Positions 26,980 to 37,242 of a DNA stretch of 64,000 nt are shown here, piece after piece. Position 1 is the stretch's first letter. Each line of letters starts with the position of its first letter. The DNA is taken from NCBI GenBank assembly GCA_040771865.1, contig JAXGZF010000006.1:310001-374000 (forward strand), given 5' to 3'. The position numbers and the translations under genes were made by a program. This DNA is from Desulfobacterales bacterium (GTDB lineage: Bacteria > Desulfobacterota > Desulfobacteria > Desulfobacterales > UBA2245). The notes under the pieces were generated by a model. The model did not search any database. It was not told the origin of the DNA and saw only the letters and a program-made list of their open reading frames with translations.

Positions 26980-29418
26980 TTACATCATCGCAAACGGATC
27001 TACGTCCACGGAGATTCTTGCCTTGCGGGAAGGCGCTGAATCGGCATCCTCATAAACAAGCTGCCGGACAAAGGCATGCAGCCGGCTCGCCTGCGCGCTT
27101 TTCACCAGAATCTGCCATCGATACCGTCTGGCCACCCTGGACAACGGCGCTTCGATGGGTCCGAGCACATCAATGCACCGACGATAGCTGTCCTGGCTTT
27201 CAAGCGCTTCGCACCGCTTGGCCAGACTCAGAGCACATGATTGGACTGCGTCTTTTTCCGTGCCGGATATCCGTATCTGTACCATTCTGGTAAATGGTGG
27301 ATATTTCAGGGCTCTTCGAAATTCGATTTCCTTTTGGTAAAATGATCGAAAATCCTGTATTCGGGCCGCCTGAATGGTAAAATGAGTCGGATTGTAGGTC
27401 TGAAGAATCACCTGGCCGCTTTTCCGGCCACGGCCGGCGCGGCCGGCGACCTGTGCCAGAAGCTGAAAAGTTCGCTCACCGGCTCTGAAATCAGGAAAAT
27501 TCATGGAAAGATCGGCGCATATCACGCCGACCAGCGTGATGTCGGGAAAATCATGACCTTTGGCCACCATCTGCGTTCCGATCAGAATATCGATGGAACG
27601 GTTCTGAAGCGACTTGAGAATATGGAGTACAGCGCCCTTTTTCTGAGCCACATCCTGATCCAGTCTGGCCACCCGGGCTTGGGGAAACAGAGACCTTACA
27701 GCGGCTTCGACCTTTTCGGTCCCCAGGCCGAGTTGAAGGATGCGCGGCTCTCCGCAATAGGGACACGGCGATGATGCCGCCTTGGAAAATCCGCATAAAT
27801 GACATTTGTAGGCATTGGCCTGCTGGTGCAGCGTCAGGGTTATATCGCAGTTTTTACACCGAATGGCCTCGCCGCAGGCGCTGCAGACCGGATAGCTGGA
27901 AAATCCCCGACGGTTGAGAAACAAAAGAACCTGTTCTTTCCTTTCCAGGGTTTCCTTCATGGCTGCAAGCAAAGGCGGGGTGATGAAGCGGAAGATTCCA
28001 CGGGCATCCCGTGTTTCGCGAAGATCCACCAGAGTGATTTTCGGGAGATCCATCTGGTTGATCCGTGAATTCAGGCAAAGCTCCACAAAATTTTTATTCT
28101 TCACATTATAGAAAGACTGCACCGAGGGTGTGGCGGATCCCAGCACCGCTACGGTACCATGCATGTGGGCTCTGACCACGGCCAGATCTCTGGCATTGTA
28201 ACGAAGCCCGGTATCCTGCTTGTAGGAACCGTCATGCTCTTCGTCGACTACGATCAGCCCGATGCGCTCCAGTGGCGCAAAAACGGCCGATCGGGCGCCG
28301 ATCACGATACAGGCCTCCTTGCGGACGATACGCATCCACTGGTCATAGCGCTCGCCTGAGGATAGAGCACTGTGGAGAACGGCAATCGATGAGCCGAAGC
28401 GCGCCCGGAAGCGCTTCTCCATCTGGGAAATCAGGGCGATCTCCGGAACAAGAATCAGGACCGATGTGCCTCTTGAAATCGTCCTCTGCGCGGCGGCCAG
28501 ATATACCTCGGTCTTGCCGCTTCCCGTGATGCCGGCCAGCAGGCAGGTTCCGAACCCTTTTTCAGAAAGTGCTTCGATGCGCTCCAGAGCGGCTTCCTGT
28601 TCCTGTGTCAGAACCGGCGCTCGGTCCGGTTCAATCGGTTCTCCGAAAGGATCGCGGAAAACCTGTTTTTCGGTTTTCTTGAGGAAACCGCGGTTCACCA
28701 GAAAAGGCAGAAAACCGGCGGCATTCGGAAAATGCATCCTGAGGAATTTTACGGACATTTCTCCGTGCGTGCCGACAAGATTTAAAATCCGGCTGCGGGT
28801 TTCCTGATACCGATCTTCGGGGAGATCGGTCCGCAATACGGACAAGAACGTTTCCATCCTAGGCCGGCTGTTTCCGGACTGAATTTTTCGAAACAGATGA
28901 ATCCATCCGCGCCGGACAAGCGATCGAACAAGGAGCCGGGAAAAATTCCACCCGGTTCCGGCATACAGAGACCGAAGGCCGCAATCCTTCTGATTCAAAA
29001 TTTCCAGTAGTTTTCGCTCCGAATCCGTCGGTATATTCAGGATCATGGCGCGCCTGCCTTCGTCGGTGATTTCTGCTGCAGCGACATCCAGAGCGTTGAT
29101 GCCTCCGGGAAGCGCCGTACGGATCACCTCGCCGATCGGATGCATGTAATATTCGGAAGTCCAGCGGAAAAACCGGACCATATTCGCCGGAAACAGCGCC
29201 ACGTCATCCAGGATATCCGATATCGGTTTGATCGACGCCGTATCAGAGGGCCGCGCCTCTCCAAGAACATATCCTGCGACATGGCGGGCTCCGAACGGTG
29301 CCCACACCCTTTTGCCGACCTCGACCGATTCCATCAGATGATCCGGCGTCTGATAGGTAAACGTCTGAAACACCGGCAGGGCCACGGCGACCTCAATATA
29401 TTTCCAGCATTGCTTCAT
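26980..29418 (-). CDS. priA: Primosomal protein N' (replication restart helicase)
   Basis: GITGSGKTEVY, LVPEIAL, VDEEHD, LNRRG, Cys-rich zinc motifs, GTQMVAKGHDFP, QVAGRAGR; ATG 29418 chosen. Confidence 0.96.
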   Translation of the reverse strand: MKQCWKYIEVAVALPVFQTFTYQTPDHLMESVEVGKRVWAPFGARHVAGYVLGEARPSDTASIKPISDILDDVALFPANMVRFFRWTSEYYMHPIGEVIRTALPGGINALDVAAAEITDEGRRAMILNIPTDSERKLLEILNQKDCGLRSLYAGTGWNFSRLLVRSLVRRGWIHLFRKIQSGNSRPRMETFLSVLRTDLPEDRYQETRSRILNLVGTHGEMSVKFLRMHFPNAAGFLPFLVNRGFLKKTEKQVFRDPFGEPIEPDRAPVLTQEQEAALERIEALSEKGFGTCLLAGITGSGKTEVYLAAAQRTISRGTSVLILVPEIALISQMEKRFRARFGSSIAVLHSALSSGERYDQWMRIVRKEACIVIGARSAVFAPLERIGLIVVDEEHDGSYKQDTGLRYNARDLAVVRAHMHGTVAVLGSATPSVQSFYNVKNKNFVELCLNSRINQMDLPKITLVDLRETRDARGIFRFITPPLLAAMKETLERKEQVLLFLNRRGFSSYPVCSACGEAIRCKNCDITLTLHQQANAYKCHLCGFSKAASSPCPYCGEPRILQLGLGTEKVEAAVRSLFPQARVARLDQDVAQKKGAVLHILKSLQNRSIDILIGTQMVAKGHDFPDITLVGVICADLSMNFPDFRAGERTFQLLAQVAGRAGRGRKSGQVILQTYNPTHFTIQAARIQDFRSFYQKEIEFRRALKYPPFTRMVQIRISGTEKDAVQSCALSLAKRCEALESQDSYRRCIDVLGPIEAPLSRVARRYRWQILVKSAQASRLHAFVRQLVYEDADSAPSRKARISVDVDPFAMM

Positions 29419-29467
29419 CGGATCTCCGATTACCCCAGTGTTTCTTGATGCTTTCGCTGAGTAATGA

Positions 29468-29496
29468 TTGACAAGAAATAGGGTAAAGCTTATATA
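29468..29496 (+). promoter_or_regulatory. Sigma70-type promoter
   Basis: TTGACA-17 nt-TATATA. Confidence 0.55.
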
Positions 29497-29629
29497 AAAA
29501 ATAACTATCAAAAAATCCAGCAAGATGCAGAAAAATTTATTCGAAAACTTCAATCAAAACCAGCAATCAAAAATCTTTTTCCCGTTCAGAGGCTTTTAAT
29601 AATGGGAAAAGTAAACCAATGGAGGCCTT

Positions 29630-29938
29630 ATGCATTCAATATTTAAACGATTTACGGTCTATCTCGTCGTTTTCTGCCTGTTTGCCGCCCCTCTGGCATC
29701 GGGCGCATTTGCTCAAAGTTCTGTAAACGACCAGGATGAACAGGCTGCCACAGAAGAAATGGTGTTTGATGCGCTCGTTGTTCGACCTGTCGGAATCGTA
29801 GGTACGATTTTCGGTTGCGGCGTTTTTATTGTTTCTCTACCCTTTTCCGCTCTTGGCGGCAACACCAAAGAAGCCTTTAATACACTGGTGACTCAGCCGG
29901 CCAAATTTACCTTCGAAAGACCACTGGGAAATTTCTGA
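29630..29938 (+). CDS. Small exported/membrane hypothetical protein
   Basis: SD GGAGG; signal peptide; DALVVRPVG...SLPFSALGGN...PAKFTFERPLG pattern. Confidence 0.85.
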   Translation: MHSIFKRFTVYLVVFCLFAAPLASGAFAQSSVNDQDEQAATEEMVFDALVVRPVGIVGTIFGCGVFIVSLPFSALGGNTKEAFNTLVTQPAKFTFERPLGNF

Positions 29939-30029
29939 AATCAAGACGTCAGAGCCGCTTAATAAGGGGTGCCGCTTACTCCCCGAGGCCGCAGAAAACT
30001 TAACGGACGTTTTTAATCTGAATCAGGCC

Positions 30030-31007
30030 TTGAATACCCTTGAAGGGAAAAAAGCGCTGCTCATTTGTCTGCATGATGATCCGGATCCCGACGCACTGGC
30101 GGCAGGCTGGGGGTTGTCAATTGCTTTGGCTGAAGCATTGGGCATTGAAACGACCCTCGGGTTTGAGGGGATTATCGGACGGGCGGAAAACCGGGCCATG
30201 GTTCTTGAACTCGGTATTCCTGTCAAGCGGATTCGATCATTGGACACATCCCGGTTTGATGGCGTATTTCTGGTCGATACCCAGCCTGGGGCGGAAAATC
30301 ATTCAGCTCCTGGGGAACTTAAAATTCTGGGCTGTATTGACCATCACCCGGTGCTTACCCCTGCAAACGCCATTCCGTGGTTCGATGTTCGGCCGAACGG
30401 GGAAACCAGTTCGGCCATTGTTCTGCAATACCTGATTTCACTTGAAATCGATGTCCATCCGAATCTTGCCACGGCCATTTTATATGGCATTAAAACCGAC
30501 ACGCGGGATCTATCCCGTAAACCCACGCCGCCGGATCTTCACGCATACGCCTATGTACTTTCAAGGGCCAACTTTCCCGCGCTGGGCGCCATCGTCAATC
30601 CCCGGCTGGATCCTGAGTATTTCCGAATGCTTCACCGGGCGCTGGATGCCGTCCGGCTGCATGACCACGCAACGGTACTTTTTCTGGGGGATCTTCCCTA
30701 TCCGGATCTGGTTGCTGAAATGGCGGATCTGTTTGTCAGGCGACGGGAAATGCAATGGTGTTTATGTGGCGGGGTTTACAACTACGTCTTGCGTTTTTCG
30801 TTAAGAACTGAAACAGATCGGCCTAATGCCGGAGAGGTCGCCCGAAACCTTGTCAGAAGACATAGAGGATCCGCCGGTGGCCACGACATGATCGCTGGCG
30901 GCTATCTGCCACTGGCGCATCAGAATCTGTCGGCAAGCGGGCTCTGGAATGTCCTGGTTCAGGATTTTTTAAGGGCCGTGAAAGCAGCACCCGTTGGCAA
31001 ATCCTGA
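30030..31007 (+). CDS. DHH-family phosphoesterase (NrnA-like)
   Basis: HDDPDPDA, LVDTQP, IDHH, GIKTDT, AGGH. Confidence 0.9.
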   Translation: MNTLEGKKALLICLHDDPDPDALAAGWGLSIALAEALGIETTLGFEGIIGRAENRAMVLELGIPVKRIRSLDTSRFDGVFLVDTQPGAENHSAPGELKILGCIDHHPVLTPANAIPWFDVRPNGETSSAIVLQYLISLEIDVHPNLATAILYGIKTDTRDLSRKPTPPDLHAYAYVLSRANFPALGAIVNPRLDPEYFRMLHRALDAVRLHDHATVLFLGDLPYPDLVAEMADLFVRRREMQWCLCGGVYNYVLRFSLRTETDRPNAGEVARNLVRRHRGSAGGHDMIAGGYLPLAHQNLSASGLWNVLVQDFLRAVKAAPVGKS

Positions 31008-31056
31008 AAACGATGGTTCGGTATGCTGCGGGTGATCGCCCGATGTCGCAGAAACA

Positions 31057-31806
31057 TCAGTTCTGGCCGGCAAGACCCGTCAGAAGAGCCTTGACGTTTT
31101 TCCCCAAAACCGAATGGCTGTATCCGCCTTCCAGAACTCCGAAACATCCCCCTCCGTTCCGCTGAGCAGACTGCCGGACCCACTGGCCGATCTGGAAGTA
31201 ATCCTCAGTTTTCAATACTCCGCCCCAGTCGTCCTCATGAAGGTCAAAACCTGCGGAAATACCGATCATGTCGAACCGACACCGTTCCATGGCTTTACGT
31301 ACCTCCTCCAGATATGCATCACGGCTGGCGGCGCTTACATTGTGAAGGTCGATGTTTCCATACCGCTGCAGAATATTGACGGTTCCGTCGCCGTAGTGCA
31401 GATCGATGTCGAGCACATAGGCGGTTTTGATTTTTCCATGATTCAGCAAATATTTCAACGCCACGGCCATATTGTTGAAATAGCAGAATCCCCAGGCTGA
31501 TGCTTCGGAAGCGTGGTGGCCAGGAGGCCGGATCAGGGCGAAGCTGGGAGACTCAAGTCCCAGCAGGGCGGCCTGAATAGCTCCACCGGCTGCCAGTGAA
31601 GCGATCGGATAAAGCCCCTGGGAACGGACGTGTTCGACGTGATCGTCCGTGTGCACCGCCAGAATGTCCTGAACATCGGCGGGCCGGGCAGAAACCAGCT
31701 CGACCCAGGAAGGAAGTTCGGCGACAATGGATTCCATTCGGCCGGCCAGAGCGGCCGGATCCGAGGTATATACCTCGTAAAAGTCTTCATGAAATACGAC
31801 CTTCAT
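31057..31806 (-). CDS. Histone deacetylase family protein
   Basis: RPPGHHA, GFCYFNN, DIDLHYGDGT, SAGFD, LEGGY. Confidence 0.93.
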   Translation of the reverse strand: MKVVFHEDFYEVYTSDPAALAGRMESIVAELPSWVELVSARPADVQDILAVHTDDHVEHVRSQGLYPIASLAAGGAIQAALLGLESPSFALIRPPGHHASEASAWGFCYFNNMAVALKYLLNHGKIKTAYVLDIDLHYGDGTVNILQRYGNIDLHNVSAASRDAYLEEVRKAMERCRFDMIGISAGFDLHEDDWGGVLKTEDYFQIGQWVRQSAQRNGGGCFGVLEGGYSHSVLGKNVKALLTGLAGQN

Positions 31807-32256
31807 TTCAACCTCCTTTTCGAATGGTATTCCCGAAATTTATTAAAACAAAGGAGCGGGTCAAAGCCGCAATGCGATCCACCTGTTCGTGGGGTCAGAA
31901 AACTACCTGATTCTGCCGATTAAAACCACAGACCAGATGGTTTGGATTTATTGTAACCCATGACGTCGCCATATCTTTTTGCAGAGGCCGGCGGTACTTG
32001 ACCATTTGGAATTTTGATGCTTCGCGCGAAGTCCCGTTTCTGCGTCGAACTTTGTATTTCAGATCCTGATATTTCATGCATATTGGAATGCACAAAACGG
32101 GTCAAGACAAAAAAGGCTCGTAATTTGAAAGGTTGTCATTGAAATAATTCGAATGATTATTTAAATAACGAATCGAAACTCAAAATACGCCCCGTTGACG
32201 AAAACAGCTCAGGGGCTTTACCGGAAAGCCAGTATAAAAGAATATTCGCCGCTTCG

Positions 32257-32970
32257 ATGGAAAAAGTCAAAGTCGAAACCTACGACAAATACCTTAGAGC
32301 CTTGATGCGCATCAGCCGTGCCATCACCTCGGATCTTTATATCGAGGATATTCTCAAGCTGATCGTGATGGTTACGGCCAAGGTGACCGGAGTCGAGATC
32401 TGCTCCTTATGGCTCGTCGACGACAGTGAAAATCCCAGACAGATCACCCTGAAAGCCACCCAGTCCTTTGACCCGGACTATATCAAGGACCGCGCTCTTG
32501 GCATGAACGAGGGCGTCGTCGGATTAATTGCAACCCAAAAACGTCCTCTGGCTGTGATGGACGTTTTGCAGGAACCTCGTTTTAAAGAGAAGGAGATGGC
32601 CCGGAAACTCGGGCTGGTTTCCATGCTCGGAGTTCCCCTGCAGGTCCATGAGGATAAGGTCGTCGGGGTGCTGAACTGTTTTACCACCGAACCCCATGAA
32701 TTTTCCGAGGCCGAGGTCAACCTGATCACCACCGTGGCCAATCAGGCGGCCGTAGCCATTCTCAACACAGAATTGATGGTTAAAACCCAGGTGGTTCAGG
32801 AGGAACTCGAAACCCGCAAGCTGGTGGAACGCGCCAAGGAAGTGCTGGTCCGCCGGCGCGACATGAAAATGGACGAGGCTTACGAATGGATACGGAAACG
32901 CAGCATGGATACCCGTAAATCCATTCGGCAGGTAGCCGAAGCCATTCTGCTTTCCGAAGAATTTGTCTGA
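32257..32970 (+). CDS. GAF-ANTAR RNA-binding antiterminator
   Basis: GAF (EGVVG...SMLGVPL...VGVLN...ANQAAVAI) followed by ANTAR (LETRKLVERAKEVL...EAYEWIRKRSM..RKSI..VAEAI). Confidence 0.93.
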   Translation: MEKVKVETYDKYLRALMRISRAITSDLYIEDILKLIVMVTAKVTGVEICSLWLVDDSENPRQITLKATQSFDPDYIKDRALGMNEGVVGLIATQKRPLAVMDVLQEPRFKEKEMARKLGLVSMLGVPLQVHEDKVVGVLNCFTTEPHEFSEAEVNLITTVANQAAVAILNTELMVKTQVVQEELETRKLVERAKEVLVRRRDMKMDEAYEWIRKRSMDTRKSIRQVAEAILLSEEFV

Positions 32971-33039
32971 ATTCCACCTCAGTTTGTTTTCGATTTTGCG
33001 CTTGACAATTCAGGTAAAATTATTCAAATATCCAAAACC

Positions 33040-33117
33040 GGTTTGTACAAGGGCGTGCAAACCCCTTTAAAACAGCTATGCCGCACAGGGTTGTGCGGAA
33101 CAAAGACAAAGACGTCT
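33040..33117 (+). promoter_or_regulatory. ANTAR-binding RNA element (three hexaloop hairpins)
   Basis: GGTTTGTAC-AAGGGC-GTGCAAACC; CCGCAC-AGGGTT-GTGCGG; AGAC-AAAGAC-GTCT. All loops have A1 and G4. TTGACA at 33002 lies upstream. Confidence 0.85.
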
Positions 33118-33153
33118 GAATTCCGAATTTCGGGATAAAGACGTCTTTTTTTT
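33108..33153 (+). terminator. Leader terminator upstream of gdhA
   Basis: AAAGACGTCT...AGACGTCTTT followed by a T run; 5' arm overlaps the third ANTAR hairpin. Confidence 0.85.
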
Positions 33154-33226
33154 ACATTCATGACCAGGCAGAAAGGAAATGTTTCGCGCTGTTCAATTTT
33201 AAGTTTACAAAACAGGAGACTATGTA

Positions 33227-34576
33227 ATGAAGGACATTCTGGAACGAATCAAACAAAAAGATCCCGAGCAGAAAGAGTTTCACCAGGCGGTGGGCGAGGT
33301 TTTTGAGTCTGTCAAGCCAGTGCTGGACCGAAATCCGGAATACAGAAAAGCCAAGATTCTGGAAAGAATCGTCGAACCCGAACGGGTGATCATGTTTCGG
33401 GTTCCCTGGCTTGACGATCGGGGGGAAATTCAGGTCAACCGGGGCTTCCGTATACAGATGAGCAGCGCCATCGGACCCTACAAGGGCGGGCTGCGATTTC
33501 ACCCCTCGGTGAATCTCGGCATTCTGAAGTTTCTTGCCTTTGAGCAGGTGTTTAAAAATGCGCTGACCACCCTGCCCATGGGAGGCGCAAAGGGCGGATC
33601 GGATTTTGATCCCAAAGGAAAATCCGACAATGAGGTGATGCGATTCTGCCAGAGTTTCATGTGCGAGCTGTTCCGGCATATCGGCCCGGACACCGATGTG
33701 CCTGCCGGCGATATCGGCGTGGGCGCCCGGGAGATCGGATATCTGTTCGGCATGTACAAAAAACTTCGAAATGAATTTTCCGGCGTTCTGACCGGTAAAA
33801 ACCTGAACTGGGGAGGAAGCCTGATTCGGCCCGAGGCCACTGGATATGGATCGGTTTATTTTGCCGTCGAAATGCTGGCGGCCAAAGGTAAAACGATTGA
33901 AAACAGGACCTGCCTGGTCTCCGGTTCCGGAAATGTGGCTCAGTATACCGTTGAAAAACTTCTGGATTTTGGTGCCAGGGCGGTCACGGTTTCCGATTCT
34001 TCCGGATATATTTATGACGAGCAGGGAATTGATCGGGAGAAACTGGCTTATATCAAAACGCTGAAAAACGTTCGAAGGGGTCGCATCAAGGAGTACGCCG
34101 ACAAGTACCCGAATGCGGTTTATACGCCCTTGGATCCCGGGCTGGATTACAATCCGCTATGGAACCAGAAAGCCGGCTGTGCATTTCCCAGCGCAACTCA
34201 GAACGAGATCAACCAAAAGGACGCCCAGAATTTAGTCAACAACGGCGTTATGCTGGTATGTGAGGGCGCCAACATGCCGACTCTGCCCGAGGGCATCGAA
34301 GTTTTTCTGCAAAACGGAATTCTGTATGCACCCGGAAAGGCATCCAATGCCGGTGGCGTGTCGGTATCCGGTCTTGAGATGAGCCAGAACAGCATGCGGC
34401 TTGGCTGGACCAGCGAAGAAGTGGACAAGCGGCTGAAAATGATCATGCACAGCATACACAAGGCGTGCCTGGATACCGCTGAACAGTACGGAACTCCCGG
34501 AAATTACATGAATGGCGCCAACATCGCCGGATTTGTCAAGGTCGTGGATTCCATGATCGACCAGGGACTGGTATAA
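33227..34576 (+). CDS. gdhA: NADP-specific glutamate dehydrogenase
   Basis: GPYKGGLRFHPSVN, GGAKGGSDFDPKG, DVPAGDIGVG, RPEATGYG, GSGNVAQY, EGANMP, KASNAGGV. Confidence 0.97.
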   Translation: MKDILERIKQKDPEQKEFHQAVGEVFESVKPVLDRNPEYRKAKILERIVEPERVIMFRVPWLDDRGEIQVNRGFRIQMSSAIGPYKGGLRFHPSVNLGILKFLAFEQVFKNALTTLPMGGAKGGSDFDPKGKSDNEVMRFCQSFMCELFRHIGPDTDVPAGDIGVGAREIGYLFGMYKKLRNEFSGVLTGKNLNWGGSLIRPEATGYGSVYFAVEMLAAKGKTIENRTCLVSGSGNVAQYTVEKLLDFGARAVTVSDSSGYIYDEQGIDREKLAYIKTLKNVRRGRIKEYADKYPNAVYTPLDPGLDYNPLWNQKAGCAFPSATQNEINQKDAQNLVNNGVMLVCEGANMPTLPEGIEVFLQNGILYAPGKASNAGGVSVSGLEMSQNSMRLGWTSEEVDKRLKMIMHSIHKACLDTAEQYGTPGNYMNGANIAGFVKVVDSMIDQGLV

Positions 34577-34937
34577 AAAAAGAAATCAAAGAATCACCAG
34601 TGCAATCAGATAAACCCATGAAATTCCACTAGACATTTTGAAACCGTTCCAGGCTGAAGGCGATTCTGAAGCTCGCAGGGAAATCATCGGCTCCGGTCTG
34701 GAACGGTTAAAATCCGGAAACTGAAGTCAGTCGATTGCCTCAGTTTGTTTTCATCCGCTCGATAATGCCGCTCAAGACGGTTCGCCATTTTTTTCGTCCG
34801 TGTTCATTCAGAAAAATACTATATTCCTGAGATGGTTCGTGATATTGTAGCAATTTAAATTGCTTTGAAAGCGGACGAGTCGGGCTATGGTATTGTGACT
34901 TTTTAAAGCGACATTTTCGGCGAAAGGAGCGATTCCG

Positions 34938-35399
34938 ATGGAAATCCTTTTCTGGCACTGGCTGGTTTTCGGCATGGTGCTGATTATTGCCGAGATATTC
35001 ATACCCAGTTTTACCATTTTCTGGTTCGGACTTGCCGCAATCGTTGTTTCCGGATTTCTGTGGTTTTCCCCCGGCATGTCCCTGAGCTGGCAACTGTTCA
35101 TCTGGGCCCTTGCTTCTGTGGCATTTACCTTTTTCTGGTTCCGATTTTTCAAGCCATTGATGATCGATCGCACCAAGGCCGGAATTTCCCGGGAGGCCGT
35201 AGTAGGAGAAACCGGGCATGTGATTCAAGCTCCCCAGGAAGGAAAACGGGGTATGATCCGGTTTGCTACTCCGCTTCTGGGCGATGACGAATGGCCTTTT
35301 ATCTGCCATAAACAGGTGTCTGTCGGCGATCGTGTCGTTGTCAGGGATATTTCGGGAAATACGCTGATCGTCGAAAGGCAAAATTCCCTATCATCTTAA
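34938..35399 (+). CDS. NfeD-like (YbbJ) membrane protein
   Basis: WHWLVFG..AEIFIP, hydrophobic N-terminus, OB-fold-like C-terminus; adjacent to the SPFH gene. Confidence 0.9.
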   Translation: MEILFWHWLVFGMVLIIAEIFIPSFTIFWFGLAAIVVSGFLWFSPGMSLSWQLFIWALASVAFTFFWFRFFKPLMIDRTKAGISREAVVGETGHVIQAPQEGKRGMIRFATPLLGDDEWPFICHKQVSVGDRVVVRDISGNTLIVERQNSLSS

Positions 35400-35424
35400 T
35401 ACCGTTGGTTAAAGGAGGATTCTT

Positions 35425-36282
35425 ATGTCCGGTGGTCTGTTTGTGGTATCGGTTTTTGTCGTCCTAGTATTTGTCACCATCGCCCTAGGCGTCCGGATCG
35501 TTCCGCAGGGCAGCAAACACGTCGTTCAAAGACTGGGAAAATTTCACAAAACCCTCGGCCCGGGACTGAACATCATCGTTCCATATATCGATCGGGTGGC
35601 CTACAGGATTACCACCAAGGACATTGTCATGGATATTCCCTCCCAGGACGTCATTACCCGAGACAACGTCGTCATCATCGCCAATGCTGTGGCCTACATC
35701 AATATCCTCTCCCCGGAAAAAGCCGTTTACGGGGTGGAAAACTACCGCATCGCCATTCAGAACCTGGTGCAAACCTCCCTGCGTTCGATCGTAGGAGAAA
35801 TGGACCTTGACGACGCCCTCTCATCCCGGGACCAGATCAAGGCCAAGCTTAAGACAGCGATTTCCGACGATATCGCCGACTGGGGAATCACCCTTAAAAC
35901 CGTTGAAATTCAGGACATCAAACCTTCGGATACCATGCAGAGCGCCATGGAAGAACAGGCGGCCGCCGAAAGGCAAAGACGGGCCACGGTTACGCGGGCT
36001 GAAGGAGAAAAATCGGCCGCAGTTCTGGAGGCCGAAGGCCGGCTTGAGGCTTCCAGAAAGGATGCCGAGGCAAAGGTGGTTCTGGCCGAAGCCAATCAGA
36101 AGGCCATTCAGAAAGTAACCGAGGCGATTCAAAACAACGAGTTGCCCGTCATGTTTTTGCTGGGCGAAAAATATGTGGAAGCGGTAAAAACTTTATCGTT
36201 ATCGGACAATTCAAAGGTCATTGTACTGCCTGCCGATATTCCGGCAGCCGTCAGAGGAATTTTAGGCACCATCAACAAATAG
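35425..36282 (+). CDS. SPFH/band 7 (QmcA-like) protein
   Basis: RLGKFHKTLGPGL, QDVITRDN, LRSIVGEMDLD, AERQRRA. Confidence 0.93.
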   Translation: MSGGLFVVSVFVVLVFVTIALGVRIVPQGSKHVVQRLGKFHKTLGPGLNIIVPYIDRVAYRITTKDIVMDIPSQDVITRDNVVIIANAVAYINILSPEKAVYGVENYRIAIQNLVQTSLRSIVGEMDLDDALSSRDQIKAKLKTAISDDIADWGITLKTVEIQDIKPSDTMQSAMEEQAAAERQRRATVTRAEGEKSAAVLEAEGRLEASRKDAEAKVVLAEANQKAIQKVTEAIQNNELPVMFLLGEKYVEAVKTLSLSDNSKVIVLPADIPAAVRGILGTINK

Positions 36283-36341
36283 AAGGTGCTTTTGGAATTC
36301 AACGCCGCCACAACTCAGGAAAATATGCAGTATACTGTCTT

Positions 36342-36470
36342 TAACAGGGAGTTGAAAACCAGAATCAGGCCGTCAGGCAAGGCGCGCGGCGATGCGACAA
36401 GCGCGGCATATTCATGCATATGTGAGCATTGGGAGTGCCGCGCAACGCTGACTCAGACGCTAAATTCGGG
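36342..36470. repeat. MITE-like dispersed repeat, copy B (opposite orientation to A)
   Basis: TAACAGGGAGTTGAAAACCAGAATCAGGCCGTCAGGCAAGGCGCGCGGC... is nearly the reverse complement of 2290-2359; distal end decayed. Confidence 0.85.
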
Positions 36471-36636
36471 GAACGGCAAAATCCCGCCAATACAGCTCCG
36501 TGAATCAATTTCAGAATTTTAAGCGATCTGTCTATGACTTGTTTAATATCGGAATTTGTCCGTTGACTCCTTGGAGATTTACGATGTTTGCAAGCATCGG
36601 GAAATTGGAAATGGCCCTGAATTAAATGGAGAAACG

Positions 36637-37032
36637 CTAGATTTTTTTGTACCATTCCCGCCAGCGGTCCAATTTTTCGAAAGCCTCGGCTATCGACTTG
36701 TACAGCATGTCCGGGTCAATTGGCTTGGTGAAATAGTCGTCGAAACCGGCTTCACGGCATTCTTCGATCTCAAATAAAGCTCTCCAGCCGGTAATGGCGT
36801 TAATAATCGCAAGGGGATGAAATTTTCGTATCTGCCGGCAAAGCTCGATCCCGTTGACACCGAAAAGCTTCAGATCCAGAAAAATAACGTCTATTTTTTC
36901 TTTAAGAAGGATTTCCAGAGCCCTCTCCGCGCCGTCGGCGTCAATGACCGTATATCCTGCATCCGTGCAAACGTCTTTAAAAAATTCCCGGGTTGACGCC
37001 TCGTCGTCGACAATTAAAATTTTTCTCTCCAT
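36637..37032 (-). CDS. Single-domain response regulator receiver
   Basis: ILIVDDE, FLDLKL..VNG, AITG, GFDDYFTKP; ATG 37032 after AAAGGGG. Confidence 0.9.
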   Translation of the reverse strand: MERKILIVDDEASTREFFKDVCTDAGYTVIDADGAERALEILLKEKIDVIFLDLKLFGVNGIELCRQIRKFHPLAIINAITGWRALFEIEECREAGFDDYFTKPIDPDMLYKSIAEAFEKLDRWREWYKKI

Positions 37033-37165
37033 TGACTGCCCCTTTATCGGTTGCTTCGGACCTGTCAAATGACGACTGTTAAAAATTCCGATTTCGGTGT
37101 TAAACGGCAACCCACATTACGATACCGTCAAATCAAGCGATTTCAAAACCCTTATGCAAGCTGTT

Positions 37166-37242
37166 GGCAGGCTGTTGAAAACTCGCGCCTCGGGCCGCAA
37201 TGCAGCGAGCGGCTTCCGCCAATGCGTGCAGTATATGCTTGC
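37166..37242. repeat. Partial MITE-like repeat, copy E
   Basis: GGCAGGCTGTTGAAAAC end followed by GGCCGCAATGCAGCG..CGGCT...GCCAATGC, matching the left part of copies A and C. Confidence 0.55.

Noticed and set aside
31995..32110. Possible fragment of a second repeat family, flanked by CTTGACC/GGTCAAG
   Set aside because: Only one copy in the window and only a 7-bp inverted match; cannot be supported.
32188..32230. Hairpin GCCCC...GGGGC upstream of the GAF-ANTAR gene, considered as a glutamine riboswitch or ANTAR site
   Set aside because: No glnA-motif consensus and no A1/G4 hexaloop pair.
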